A DNA stretch of 64,000 nt from an uncultured Acidobacteriota bacterium (GTDB lineage Bacteria > Acidobacteriota > Vicinamibacteria > Vicinamibacterales > 2-12-FULL-66-21). How positions within the stretch are numbered: the stretch's first letter is position 1; the number at the start of each line of letters is the position of its first letter. Both the position numbers and the translations under genes were made by a program. Of this stretch, positions 20,504 through 29,758 are shown one piece after another. The notes beneath the pieces are model-generated. The model searched no databases. It saw only the letters and a list, made by a program, of their open reading frames with translations, and was not told the origin of the DNA. The DNA lies in the NCBI GenBank assembly GCA_963820905.1, contig CAWGBU010000002.1:366144-430143 (forward strand), in the 5' to 3' direction.

Positions 20504-20617
20504 ATTCCCGCCATTTGCCCGCGTTCCTGAGCGGGTGCTAGAATTCCCATTTGGCCGATCGGCGTCGGAGGTGAGGGAGGCGACTCCCTTGTCTTCGAGC
20601 TGTGTTCCTTCCTCAGT

Positions 20618-20693
20618 GGTGGGTGTAGCTCAGTGGTAGAGCGCCTGACTGTGGCTCAGGAAGTCGCGGGTTCAATTCCCGTCATCCACCCCA
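20618..20693 (+). tRNA. tRNA-His (anticodon GTG)
   Basis: GGTGGGTGTAGCTCAGTGGTAGAGCGCCTGACTGTGGCTCAGGAAGTCGCGGGTTCAATTCCCGTCATCCACCCCA. It has the extra 5' G(-1) typical of tRNA-His, a CTGTGGC anticodon loop and an encoded CCA. Confidence 0.9.
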
Positions 20694-20756
20694 ATTCACA
20701 AAACCCCAACAATTCGCTGGCGGTACGACGTGGAACCGACGTCACCTGTCCGGCCA

Positions 20757-21587
20757 CTACGCGGTCACCTGCTGCCGGCGCCGCAGCACCTCGTCGAGCA
20801 CGCTCGGGCGTGACTGATGAGCGTGATGTTCGAGAAAATCGATCACGTGCCGACGGCAGCGGTGGTACTCGGGATGTGCCAGCACCGCTGAGCGGCGGCG
20901 CGGGCGCGGGAAGGGCACCACCAGCGACTCGCCGACGGTCGCTTCGGGGCCATCCGTCATGAGCAAGAGGCGATCGGCCAGGTAGAGTGCCTCGTCCACA
21001 TCGTGGGTGACCATCACCACGGTCTTGTCCGACTCCTCCCACACCCGAAGCAGGATGTCCTGCAGCTCGAACCGGGTCAGCGAGTCGAGCTGAGAAAACG
21101 GCTCGTCTAGGAGGAGGAACCGCGGCTCGAGCGACAGCGCCCGCGCCAGCGACACGCACTGCTGCGTCCCGAGGGAGACGTGCGCAGGCAGCTCGCCCGA
21201 CACATCGTCCACCCCGGCCATCGCGAGATAGCGATCCGCGGCGTCGCGCTGCTCGCGCGCGCCGATGTCGCGTCGCTGCGCGGCTGCGAGCAGCACGTTG
21301 TCGCGCACAGTCAGCCACGGCAGCAGGCAGGGCGATTGAAAGACCATGGCGCGCTCGGCGCCAGGTCCGATCACTTGTGTCCCGTCGATCACGACGCCGC
21401 CGTAGGTGGCGCGCTCGAGCCCGGCAATCATCGAGAGGACGGTCGACTTGCCGCAGCCGGAGTGGCCGAGCATTGCGACGAATTCTCCAGCGCGAACCTC
21501 GGCGTTGATGTCGCGCACGGCGACGAACGGACCCGACGGCGTGTCGAAGACCTTGGTCAGTCCGGTCAGCTCGAGCGGCGCCCTCAT
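20757..21587 (-). CDS. ABC transporter ATP-binding protein (NitT/TauT family, NrtD/CmpD-like)
   Basis: Walker A GHSGCGKST, the signature, and Walker B LLLDEPFSQLD. Confidence 0.85.
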   Translation of the reverse strand: MRAPLELTGLTKVFDTPSGPFVAVRDINAEVRAGEFVAMLGHSGCGKSTVLSMIAGLERATYGGVVIDGTQVIGPGAERAMVFQSPCLLPWLTVRDNVLLAAAQRRDIGAREQRDAADRYLAMAGVDDVSGELPAHVSLGTQQCVSLARALSLEPRFLLLDEPFSQLDSLTRFELQDILLRVWEESDKTVVMVTHDVDEALYLADRLLLMTDGPEATVGESLVVPFPRPRRRSAVLAHPEYHRCRRHVIDFLEHHAHQSRPSVLDEVLRRRQQVTA

Positions 21588-22441
21588 CGCGACTCCTCCG
21601 TCGCCAGCTCGATCGACGTCACGGCGTCCGCGTCCTGTCGCGGCTGACCGCGTCGAATGCGGCCGCCAATCGCCGCGGTCAGCGTCGCGATCACGTGCGC
21701 CCGCACGTGCGTCGCATCCTCTTCGTAGGCGAGCTGCGACAGGCTGCGCGGCCGCGACAACCGGACGCGAATCGGCGCGCCGAGCGTGGCCGGTGGTCCG
21801 GGCAGCATCGGAACGATCCAGTCGGACAACAGAATGGCCTCCTCGACGCTGTTGGTGATCATCACCGTCGTGACGGGGCGCTCGGCTGATGAACAGAGCC
21901 GCACCAGATCCTGCTGCAGGGTCTCGCGGGTCAGAGCGTCGAGGGCGCCAAACGGCTCATCCAGGAACAGCAACTCGGGGTTCGTGGCAAACGCGCGAGC
22001 GATCGCGACGCGCTGCCGCATGCCGCCGGAAAGCTGCCCCGGCCGACGGTGCATGGCGTTGCCAAGACCAACCTGTTCGAGCGCGCGCCGCGACTGCTCG
22101 AGCTGCGCCTCGCGATTGAGCAGCGGACACGCCGCGCGCACTGCCAGTCGAACGTTCTCGAGCGCGGTGAACCACGGCAACAGCGAGTAGTTCTGAAACA
22201 CGACGCCGGCGTCCTGCCGCACGTCGCGCACCGGCTCCCCGCCAATCACCACCGAGCCGCTATCCGGGGTGGTCAGGCCGGCGAGAATGCTGAGCAGCGT
22301 CGTCTTGCCGCTCCCCATCGCGCCGACGATGGAGGTGAACTCGCCACGCTCGACCGCGAAGGACACGTCGCGCAGCACCGGCCTGACGCCGGCGGCCGTC
22401 GCGAACGACTTCGAGACGCCGGAGACTTCGATGAACGCCAT
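21584..22441 (-). CDS. ABC transporter ATP-binding protein (NitT/TauT family), second ATPase
   Basis: The start was chosen at MAFIEVSGVSKSF (ATG reverse complement at 22439-22441), 6 nt after the permease stop. Walker A GAMGSGKTT, LSGGMRQRVAIARA, LLFLDEPFGALD. Confidence 0.8.
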   Translation of the reverse strand: MAFIEVSGVSKSFATAAGVRPVLRDVSFAVERGEFTSIVGAMGSGKTTLLSILAGLTTPDSGSVVIGGEPVRDVRQDAGVVFQNYSLLPWFTALENVRLAVRAACPLLNREAQLEQSRRALEQVGLGNAMHRRPGQLSGGMRQRVAIARAFATNPELLFLDEPFGALDALTRETLQQDLVRLCSSAERPVTTVMITNSVEEAILLSDWIVPMLPGPPATLGAPIRVRLSRPRSLSQLAYEEDATHVRAHVIATLTAAIGGRIRRGQPRQDADAVTSIELATEESR

Positions 22442-22446
22442 CGCGC

Positions 22447-23208
22447 CTATGCCGCCCGCAGCCTGGCTTCGGCAAGCCCCATCAACCGGTCGAGCACGAA
22501 GCCGATGACGCCGATGGTGATGATGGCCAGCAGGATGTGCGCGTAAATCAGGCTGTTGTATTCCTGCCAGAGGAAGCCGCCGACGCCCGGTGTGCCGGTC
22601 AGCATCTCGCTGGCGACGATCACGAGCCACGCAATGCCGAGGCTCAAACGGTAGCCGGTGAACATGTAGGGTAACGTCGCCGGCACGATGATCTTGAGGA
22701 ACGTCGTCGTGCGGGAGAGCCGGAGGACTTTGGCCACGTTCCAGTAGTCCTGCGGGATCGCGCGGACACCCATCATGGTGTTGATGATGGTCGGCCACAT
22801 CGAGCACACGGCGATGGCAAAGAGCGCCGCGGGTTCGGACTTCTGGAACAGGACGAGCCCCAGCGGCAGCCACGCCAGCGGCGAGATGGGCCGCAACACC
22901 TGCATGAGGGGATCGAACATCCGTGTCAGGAGCGGCGACACGCCGAACAGAAAGCCAACCGGCGTGCCGATGACGGCGCCGAGCAGGAATCCCTGCGCGA
23001 CGCGCACCAGGCTGTAGTACGCCAGCAGCGCGATGCCCTGGTCCGTCTCACCGCGCTTGACGAACGGCTCCAGAACGTAGACCTTGCTCTCCTCCCACGT
23101 CCGCGCCGGGGATGGCAAATCGGGAACCTGGACGCTCGCCGCCCACCAGACGAGTACCGCTAACACGACGCCCACCATGGGCACTAGCAGGTGCAGGACA
23201 CGTTTCAT
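22447..23208 (-). CDS. ABC transporter permease (NrtB/SsuC-like, BPD_transp_1)
   Basis: The start was chosen at MKRVLHLLVPMVGVV. Six predicted TM helices with the EAA-like loop. Confidence 0.8.
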   Translation of the reverse strand: MKRVLHLLVPMVGVVLAVLVWWAASVQVPDLPSPARTWEESKVYVLEPFVKRGETDQGIALLAYYSLVRVAQGFLLGAVIGTPVGFLFGVSPLLTRMFDPLMQVLRPISPLAWLPLGLVLFQKSEPAALFAIAVCSMWPTIINTMMGVRAIPQDYWNVAKVLRLSRTTTFLKIIVPATLPYMFTGYRLSLGIAWLVIVASEMLTGTPGVGGFLWQEYNSLIYAHILLAIITIGVIGFVLDRLMGLAEARLRAA

Positions 23209-23222
23209 TCGTTGACCCTCGA

Positions 23223-24497
23223 CTAAGTCAGGCTGTGAACCGCGAACGACTTGGCGTACGCCTCCGGGTCTTTCCCGTCGAACGCGCCGTCGAACAACGT
23301 GATCTTCTGCTCTTCGGCGACTTTGGACGCGACGCCGAGCTCCTTCATGGCCTCGAGATACAGGTCCGATCGCATCACGCGCTTGCTGACGCCGGCGTAG
23401 TCCGGCGCCGCCTTCGCCATGCCCCAGCGACGGAACTGCGTGAGCCACCACTTCGCATAGATCTGGTGCGGGTAGTTGCAGCTGCGGTTCGAGAAGATCA
23501 TGTAGGACGGGTCCTGCTCCACCCTGCCGTCGCCGTACCTGTACTTCCCCATCAGGCGTTCGAGGATCGTCGAGGGCGGACAGTTGATGTACGAGGGACG
23601 GGCGATGACCTCGGCGAACTTCGCGCGATTCTCCATCTTGTCGAGATCAACGCTCGCCAGGTGCAGGGCCTTCAGGATGGCCTTGACGGTCTTCGGATTC
23701 TTGAGCGCGAACTCCTCCGTGAACGCGCACACCTTTTCCGGGTGGTCCTTCCACAACTGCTGCGTGGTGACTGCGGTAAAGCCAATGCCGTCCTCGATTG
23801 CGCGGTTGTTCCACGGCTCACCGACGCAGAAGCCGTCCATCTTGTCCACTCGCATGTTGGCGACCATCTGCGGTGGCGGAATGGTGATGAGGTTGACGTC
23901 CTTATCCGGATTGATGCCGCCGGATGCGAGCCAGTAGCGCAGCCACATCGCGTGCGTCCCGGGCGGAAACGTCATCGCGAACGTCAGCGGGTCCCCGGCC
24001 GCCTTCGCCTTCTCGGCCAACGGCTTGATCTGGGACGGAGTCCTGGCTCCGGCAGCCTTCAGCTTGTTGTTCAGGGTGATCGCCTGTCCGTTCCGGTTGA
24101 GCAGCCAGGGGATGACCATCGGCTTGACCGGCGACCCGGCAAGCCCCATGGTCGAAGCCAGCGGCATGCCGAGCAGCATGTGCGTCGCGTGGTTCTCGCC
24201 GAGCGTGAGCTTGTCGCGGATGACCGCCCACGAGGCTTCCTTTGAAACGATGGAATTGATGCCGAACTTCTTGAAGTAGCCGAGCTCGTGCGCCATCACG
24301 ATCGCCGCGCAGTCCGTCAGGGCAATGATGCCGAAGCGGACGTCGGGGTGTTCCGGCGCATCGGTCGCATACGCGGCACCGGCCCATCCTGCCGGCACAC
24401 TCGACATGAGCACTGCCGCAGTCGACGTGCTCGCCGATTTGAGGAACGTGCGTCTGGTCAGTCTCTTCGAGTTGTTTCGCATCTCACTCACTTTCAT
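23223..24497 (-). CDS. NrtA/CmpA-like periplasmic substrate-binding protein (nitrate/bicarbonate/cyanate type) with a Tat signal
   Basis: RRTFLKSASTSTAAVL twin-arginine signal; NMT1/NrtA-like fold, about 424 aa. The ATG overlaps the stop of the upstream porin gene. Confidence 0.8.
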   Translation of the reverse strand: MKVSEMRNNSKRLTRRTFLKSASTSTAAVLMSSVPAGWAGAAYATDAPEHPDVRFGIIALTDCAAIVMAHELGYFKKFGINSIVSKEASWAVIRDKLTLGENHATHMLLGMPLASTMGLAGSPVKPMVIPWLLNRNGQAITLNNKLKAAGARTPSQIKPLAEKAKAAGDPLTFAMTFPPGTHAMWLRYWLASGGINPDKDVNLITIPPPQMVANMRVDKMDGFCVGEPWNNRAIEDGIGFTAVTTQQLWKDHPEKVCAFTEEFALKNPKTVKAILKALHLASVDLDKMENRAKFAEVIARPSYINCPPSTILERLMGKYRYGDGRVEQDPSYMIFSNRSCNYPHQIYAKWWLTQFRRWGMAKAAPDYAGVSKRVMRSDLYLEAMKELGVASKVAEEQKITLFDGAFDGKDPEAYAKSFAVHSLT

Positions 24498-25891
24498 TTA
24501 TCCGCAAGGAACACATAGGTCACCATCACGAACGGACCGGTGTACGACTTGCCGGGCGTCGCCTCTTTGAGAAAGGGACCAGCGAACAGGTGCGCGTAGC
24601 CCGCTGCCAATCCGAGGTACGGCGTCAAGGGCCGCGAGACCTGCACATCGATCTCCTGCCCGACTCGTGTGCTTGCGGCACCAGCGGGCACGCGGGCCAG
24701 CGGCGCGCCGCTGGCCGCATACAGCGCATCCCGAGCCTCGGCGAGCCAGTACGAGTGATAGCCAACGGTGATCGGTGTGGCCTTGATCGGCGTGATGTCG
24801 AAGCCGATGCGGAGGTCGTGGATGTTGCGCCAGCCGACCTGATCCGCCAGGCCGTACTTGTCGTGCGCGGTTGGATACAGCTGATCGAACGTGCCGCGGA
24901 TGCCGTCGGCCGGGTCGGCATCGCCCGACGCATAGTTGTACTCCGCGGAGACACGCGGCGCCCACGCGCCGGTCAGCGTCTCGCGTATCTGCCAGTGGCC
25001 GGCCCAGGCGCGAATCGAGTCTGGCCCAAGCGAGCCGCGCTGGAAGGCCGATTCCACGTTGTAATCGAGACGGGCTGGAAGGCGACCCGCGAGGCGAGCG
25101 CCGGTCGTCACCTGCTGCAGCGAGTCGAGAGCGCCGGACTCCGCGCGCTGATTGACGTCTCGCCGCCAGAACAGGTACGGCTCGGTGGTGGCGCGCGGGA
25201 CGACGCGCGGCGTGCTGACATAGGCGCCGGCGAAGCGGTTACCGTTGCCGCTCTTGTCGAACTCGTCCTCCAGGATCCGGACGACGGAGGCGGCGAACAG
25301 ATCGATTTGCGCCGGCTTGGTCTTGAGCGTCAGCCGCGCGGCGTCGAAGGAGCGCCCGGCGTTGAGCCAATTGGCGTGGCCGACCAGGCGCTGATCGCCG
25401 AAGGCGATCTCCTGCCTGCCCAGCCGCGCGGTCAGCGGCGCCTTCGCGCTGCCCAGATCCACGAACGCCTGGCGAAGATCGAACGCTGCTTTGAAGGGCG
25501 CCGCAGTGGCGCCAACGCTCTTGTCGCCGACGCGGGCATCCTGGACCTGCACGGTTGCGCCAATCGACGTGCCGGTCAGCGTCGCATTGAAGCGAAGCCG
25601 CGAGAGGTAGTAGGTGTCGTCGCGGGCCTCGACGAAGCCGGAGTTGGCAAAGCCCTCGACGCGCTCGCGGAACTCGGCTCGCACGCGCAGCCAGGCCGGC
25701 ATCACTTCGTTCGCACGATTGGGGAACGGCGGCCGCCGAACCGGAACGGTCGGCGCAGCCTGAGCGGCGGGGGCCGGCGATTGTGGCGATTGTTCGGTCG
25801 CAGGCGCCGGCGGTGATGCCGGCGGCAGTTGAGCGAACAGCGGGTCGGGCCACGCCAACGAAGCCCCCAGGCATACGGCCCAGCAGACCAC
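24494..25891 (-). CDS. Outer-membrane porin of the alginate-export (AlgE-like) family; start uncertain
   Basis: Signal-peptide-like VVCWAVCLGASLAWPDPLFAQ follows the candidate GTG at 25891, but the ORF is open up to 26107. The beta-rich C-terminus ends ...VTYVFLADK and resembles the Alginate_exp domain. It is translationally coupled to nrtA-like. Confidence 0.5.
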   Translation of the reverse strand: MVCWAVCLGASLAWPDPLFAQLPPASPPAPATEQSPQSPAPAAQAAPTVPVRRPPFPNRANEVMPAWLRVRAEFRERVEGFANSGFVEARDDTYYLSRLRFNATLTGTSIGATVQVQDARVGDKSVGATAAPFKAAFDLRQAFVDLGSAKAPLTARLGRQEIAFGDQRLVGHANWLNAGRSFDAARLTLKTKPAQIDLFAASVVRILEDEFDKSGNGNRFAGAYVSTPRVVPRATTEPYLFWRRDVNQRAESGALDSLQQVTTGARLAGRLPARLDYNVESAFQRGSLGPDSIRAWAGHWQIRETLTGAWAPRVSAEYNYASGDADPADGIRGTFDQLYPTAHDKYGLADQVGWRNIHDLRIGFDITPIKATPITVGYHSYWLAEARDALYAASGAPLARVPAGAASTRVGQEIDVQVSRPLTPYLGLAAGYAHLFAGPFLKEATPGKSYTGPFVMVTYVFLADK

Positions 25892-26575
25892 GCGCGAAAC
25901 AGTGTTAGACGGACAACGCACGCGAACGCTCCCTGATGTCGGAATCGATCGCCGGCCGTGGCGCGGACCGGGTCGGTCCGCGGAGACGCGCCGTCTCGAT
26001 CGGATTGGTGTCGTGATGCCGGCAGGGGCGAGCGCGGCGTCTGGGCCGCTGCCTCGACCGCCAGCAAAGCCCATTCCTGCGGCCGCGTGCACCGGCAGCG
26101 AACGCAAAGACGCCTGATACGGGCGCGTTTCCCGCGCGAATCACATTCCGGCGTCGTGAGCGCCCAGCCAACAAAAGTGTTCCCGAAAAACATTCGCGAA
26201 CAAACGTGTTCAGGTCCGGGGTGTCCACGGCGCGCGGCAGCGGCGGCGGAGTCGTCGGCGCGCCGCGACCGTGCGGCCGGTTCACCGGTACCCGCTGTCA
26301 CTCCTACACAATTGTCATGTTTTGTTTTTGTGCCGACATTAACGTTGGCCCCAGTCCCTTGTCGATCGCTTCGATCTTGTGTATCTTCAAACCCGCGGTT
26401 CTTCCAGGCGTGCCGCCGGCTCCTTGTCGCAGCCGGCTTCGACAGCGCGCCGCTTCAAGAATCTGCACGCGCTCCCCGTCGAGCAACGTCGAACAACGTA
26501 GACGCTGCGCCGCGCAGAACATCCGCTTCACAGACTCGTGGCGGCTGGTTTGCGTCTTGCGTACGGGAGCATGCG

Positions 26576-27609
26576 GTGTCGCTGCCTCTTGTAAAACGAG
26601 CTGCCGAGGACGGCGTGACGTCGGTGCCGACGCCGTCGCCGGAGACGACTACGGTCGAGGATCGTGTTCGTGCGATCTGGCAGGAGCGCTCCAGCAGGCC
26701 CGGCCGCGGCGCGCCGACTGCGAACTTCGACGGCAGGCGCGTGCTGACGCTCGAGAGCCGGCGCGCGCCGGAGCTTGCGCTGCTGGTGATGAACTACGGC
26801 GGCTGGCCCGTGGTGGCACCGTCGGTTCGCGAAGTGCCGCTCGCGGCGAACCAGCAGGCACTGACGTTTGCCAACGACGTCATCCGCGGACGCTTCGGCA
26901 TCGTCATTCTGATGACTGGTGTCGGCGTGAGACTGCTGATGAGAGTCATCGAGCCGGAGCTCGGCCGCGAGCGATTCCTCGAGGCGCTGACGCGCACGAA
27001 AATCGTCGCCCGTGGACCCAAGACCGTGGCCGCCCTGCGCGAGCTTGGCCTGACGGCGTGGGCAACGGTGCCAACCCCGAACACGTGGCGTGAGTTGCTG
27101 GCCACGATCGACGGCCGCGCCGACGAGGCGCCGCTCGATCGTCAGCAGGTGGCGCTCCAGGAATACGGGCTGCCAATCCGGACCTCCTGCAGGCGCTGTC
27201 TGCCCGTGGTGCGCACGTCACGTCGGTGCCGGTGTATCGATGGGCAATGCCGGCAGATGTCGAGCCGCTGCGCGACGCCGTGCGCGCCATCGTCCGAAAC
27301 GAGATTGACGTCGTCATCCTGACCGCGAGCATTCAGCTCGTCCACTTGCTGCAGGTGGCCCGCGACATGGGCCTGGAAGCCGCGATGCGCGGCGGGCTGG
27401 AACGAGTGGTCCTCGCGTCGATCGGCCCGATGACATCCGAGGAACTTCGTCATCACGGGCTGCCTATCGACTACGAGCCGTCCCACCCCAAGATGGGCTT
27501 CCTCGTCAAAGAGCTCGCCGAGAACTGCCGGACCTTGCTCGACGCGAAGCGACGTCCCGAAACCACGCCATCCACGGAAGCGGAGCGATGCACAGAAGCG
27601 ACGACCTAG
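26576..27609 (+). pseudogene. Uroporphyrinogen-III synthase (HemD/HEM4)-like domain protein, frameshifted near 27170
   Basis: From the GTG at 26576: ...RVLTLESRRAPELALLVMNYGGWPVVAPSV...LQEYGLP. The frame then changes by +1 at about 27170 and continues NPDLLQALSARGAHVTSVPVYRWAMPADVEPLRDAV...ASIGPMTSEELRHHGLPIDYEP. The two-half HemD-like pattern is recognisable, but the family assignment is moderate. Confidence 0.5.
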
Positions 27610-28334
27610 CGATCAGCGGCAGCGCAAATGCGAACGAGGTCATCGGCCGCGAATCGATCGGCTTTCTGCATGAGATCGGTAGCCGTTTTGCGGCCGCCGA
27701 TTCCCTCCAGACTGTCCTGAGCCGGGTCGTCAACTTCGTCTCGACCGTGGTCCGCTGCGACTCGTGTTTCATCTACGTCCTGGAGGACGATGCGCTGGTG
27801 CTGCGGGCGTCCAAGGATCCTCACACCGATATCGTCGATCGGCTCAAGCTGCGCGTTGGCCAGGGCATCACCGGTTGGGTTGCCGAGCATCGTCAACCGG
27901 TCGCTGTCGGTTGTCACGCCTTCGAAGATCCGCGCTTTCAAGTCTTCAACGATTTGCCGGAGGACAAGTACGAGGCGTTCCTGTCGGTGCCAGTGCTGTG
28001 CCGCGGACGTCTCGTCGCCGTCATCAACCTGCAGCATCGGTTTCCACACGAGCACAGCTGGGCCGAGATCCAGCTCGTCGCCACCATTGGGTTTCTCGTC
28101 GGCGCCGAGATCGCGCTGGCACGGCTCGAGTCTGAGAACAGCCAGTTGTCGGAGCGGCTCGAAACGCGTAAGGTCCTGGACCGCGCGAAGGGGATCCTGC
28201 AACGGGATCTCGGCATCAGCGAGGAAGAGGCCTACCTCACCATTCAGCGCCAAAGCCGGCAGCGGCGGCGATTGAAGCGCGAGATTGCGGAAGCGATCCT
28301 GCTGGCCGACGACCTGCGTCGCGGTCAGCGTTAG
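27588..28334 (+). CDS. GAF-ANTAR RNA-binding antiterminator regulator
   Basis: N-terminal GAF domain. C-terminal ANTAR motif: RKVLDRAKGILQRDLGISEEEAYLTIQRQSRQRRRLKREIAEAIL. Confidence 0.8.
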   Translation: MHRSDDLAISGSANANEVIGRESIGFLHEIGSRFAAADSLQTVLSRVVNFVSTVVRCDSCFIYVLEDDALVLRASKDPHTDIVDRLKLRVGQGITGWVAEHRQPVAVGCHAFEDPRFQVFNDLPEDKYEAFLSVPVLCRGRLVAVINLQHRFPHEHSWAEIQLVATIGFLVGAEIALARLESENSQLSERLETRKVLDRAKGILQRDLGISEEEAYLTIQRQSRQRRRLKREIAEAILLADDLRRGQR

Positions 28335-28474
28335 CTCGAGCAGGCGCGGACGGCCGCGCGCGCCGCGCTCATCACTGCATGAACAGCAAACCAAAAGCTA
28401 GCCAACTCGATGGGAGACTGCTCACGGGACTATCGCGACTACTCGTCGGCAAACAAAACGAACGCTCGGTGCAC

Positions 28475-28490
28475 GTGAGCGTACGCTCAC
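28475..28490. promoter_or_regulatory. Perfect 16-bp palindrome GTGAGCGTACGCTCAC in a lower-GC intergenic region
   Basis: Read directly. Its function is unknown; it is a candidate operator. Confidence 0.3.
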
Positions 28491-28508
28491 AGGTAGTCAG
28501 CCGCATAG

Positions 28509-28538
28509 GGAAGGGCGGTCAGCCTGGACCGCCCTTCC
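28509..28538. terminator. Perfect 12-bp-stem hairpin (GGAAGGGCGGTC-agcctg-GACCGCCCTTCC) about 175 nt after the ANTAR gene
   Basis: Seen directly. There is no U-tract, so its terminator function is inferred only. Confidence 0.35.
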
Positions 28539-28777
28539 GCGGCACTGAGGCCCACATGCCCGCCCGAACCCCGTCATCCACCGCAACACACTGAACTCTC
28601 CACGCGCCGGGAACCATCTGATTCGGAGCTGTATACTTTCGAGCTCCAACGAGGAGCCTGCAAGTACGCGTAGACTTCAGGTAAGTCAGGCGCCGCGTTC
28701 CGACTAATCTCTGTATTCCCGAGGGACATTGCTTCAGCATCCCGTCTCCACCCGCCGCGCGTTCATGTGAGGCATTC

Positions 28778-29296
28778 ATGGCAAGAGGCCGCCCGCTAGA
28801 AATGGAACAGGAGCTCATCGAGGCATTCCGCCGCAGCGGCCTGGCGAGCGAATACCTGGTCAGCATTCTGCCAATCGCCATGTGGCGACTCCCGCCTCCG
28901 ACCGGACGCGGCCGCACGATTGCCGCCATCGTCGCGCACATGCAGAGCGTCCGGCGCACGTTTGCCCGCATGGGGGGCGCCCGTCCGGGCCCGCCTGCGC
29001 TCGACAGGCAGCGCGTGACCCGGGACGAAGCCTGCCGCGCAGTCCGGCAGTCAACCGATGATCTCGCGGGCCTGTTCGAGTCCGCGCTGGCTGAACGGCA
29101 AGCCCGCGTGAAGGGGATGCCTCGCCGGGCGATCGACATGCTGACGTATCTGCTGCAGCACGATGCCCATCACCGCGGTCAGATCTGCATGCTCGCGCGC
29201 GGCTTCGGGCACGAGTTCCGGGGCGGGGACATGACGCGTCTGTGGGGCTGGAGAGCGATTGAGGCGCGTCCCGGCGGGCGACCTGCTCGTCACTAG
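28778..29296 (+). CDS. DinB/YfiT-like (DinB_2 superfamily) putative metal-dependent hydrolase
   Basis: 172 aa with conserved histidines (IVAHMQ..., HDAHHRGQI) typical of the four-helix DinB fold. Confidence 0.5.
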   Translation: MARGRPLEMEQELIEAFRRSGLASEYLVSILPIAMWRLPPPTGRGRTIAAIVAHMQSVRRTFARMGGARPGPPALDRQRVTRDEACRAVRQSTDDLAGLFESALAERQARVKGMPRRAIDMLTYLLQHDAHHRGQICMLARGFGHEFRGGDMTRLWGWRAIEARPGGRPARH

Positions 29297-29368
29297 CCCC
29301 CATCGAATGCGCGCAGTTGGCCTCAGCTTTGCTCACGGTCCGGCCGCGAGCTGAACGGGAGGCCATTT

Positions 29369-29581
29369 ATGGAGGACGAACGTACTGAGCTGGAGGACGC
29401 GCTCACACAGTGTGAAAAAGAAAACGAACACCTGAAGGAAGAGAACGATCACCTTCGCAAGTCCGCCGAATCGTTCGGCGATCTGGCGGAGCGCCTCAAC
29501 GCACGGAACCGCCAGAAAAGGGATCTCGATCGGGGAAAAGCGCCAGTCGAGGTGTCGGGTAGTCTGCCGCGCGGCGGATAA
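29369..29581 (+). CDS. Small acidic coiled-coil protein, hypothetical
   Basis: 70-aa ORF in a lower-GC stretch (MEDERTELEDALTQCEKENEHLKEENDHLRK...). No homology recognised. Confidence 0.3.
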   Translation: MEDERTELEDALTQCEKENEHLKEENDHLRKSAESFGDLAERLNARNRQKRDLDRGKAPVEVSGSLPRGG

Positions 29582-29758
29582 CGTCGGTCGCCGGCGCTGC
29601 CAGGGGGACGACTATCTCGTCTGACGCCCGAGTGAAGCGTGTTACTATTGAGCTTCCCCACAACGTCGCCACGGCTCCGTTAGTCAGCTCCTGGGAATGC
29701 TCGCCGGTCGCGAGACCCGGAGCGTGACGCTTGTGATCGCTACAGACGGAAACGGGCC

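Noticed and set aside
20504-20617. Two direct copies of ATTCCC(GCC)ATTTG(C/G)CCG upstream of tRNA-His as promoter elements
   Set aside because: Only two imperfect copies, no -10/-35 match could be asserted by eye. Too weak to annotate.
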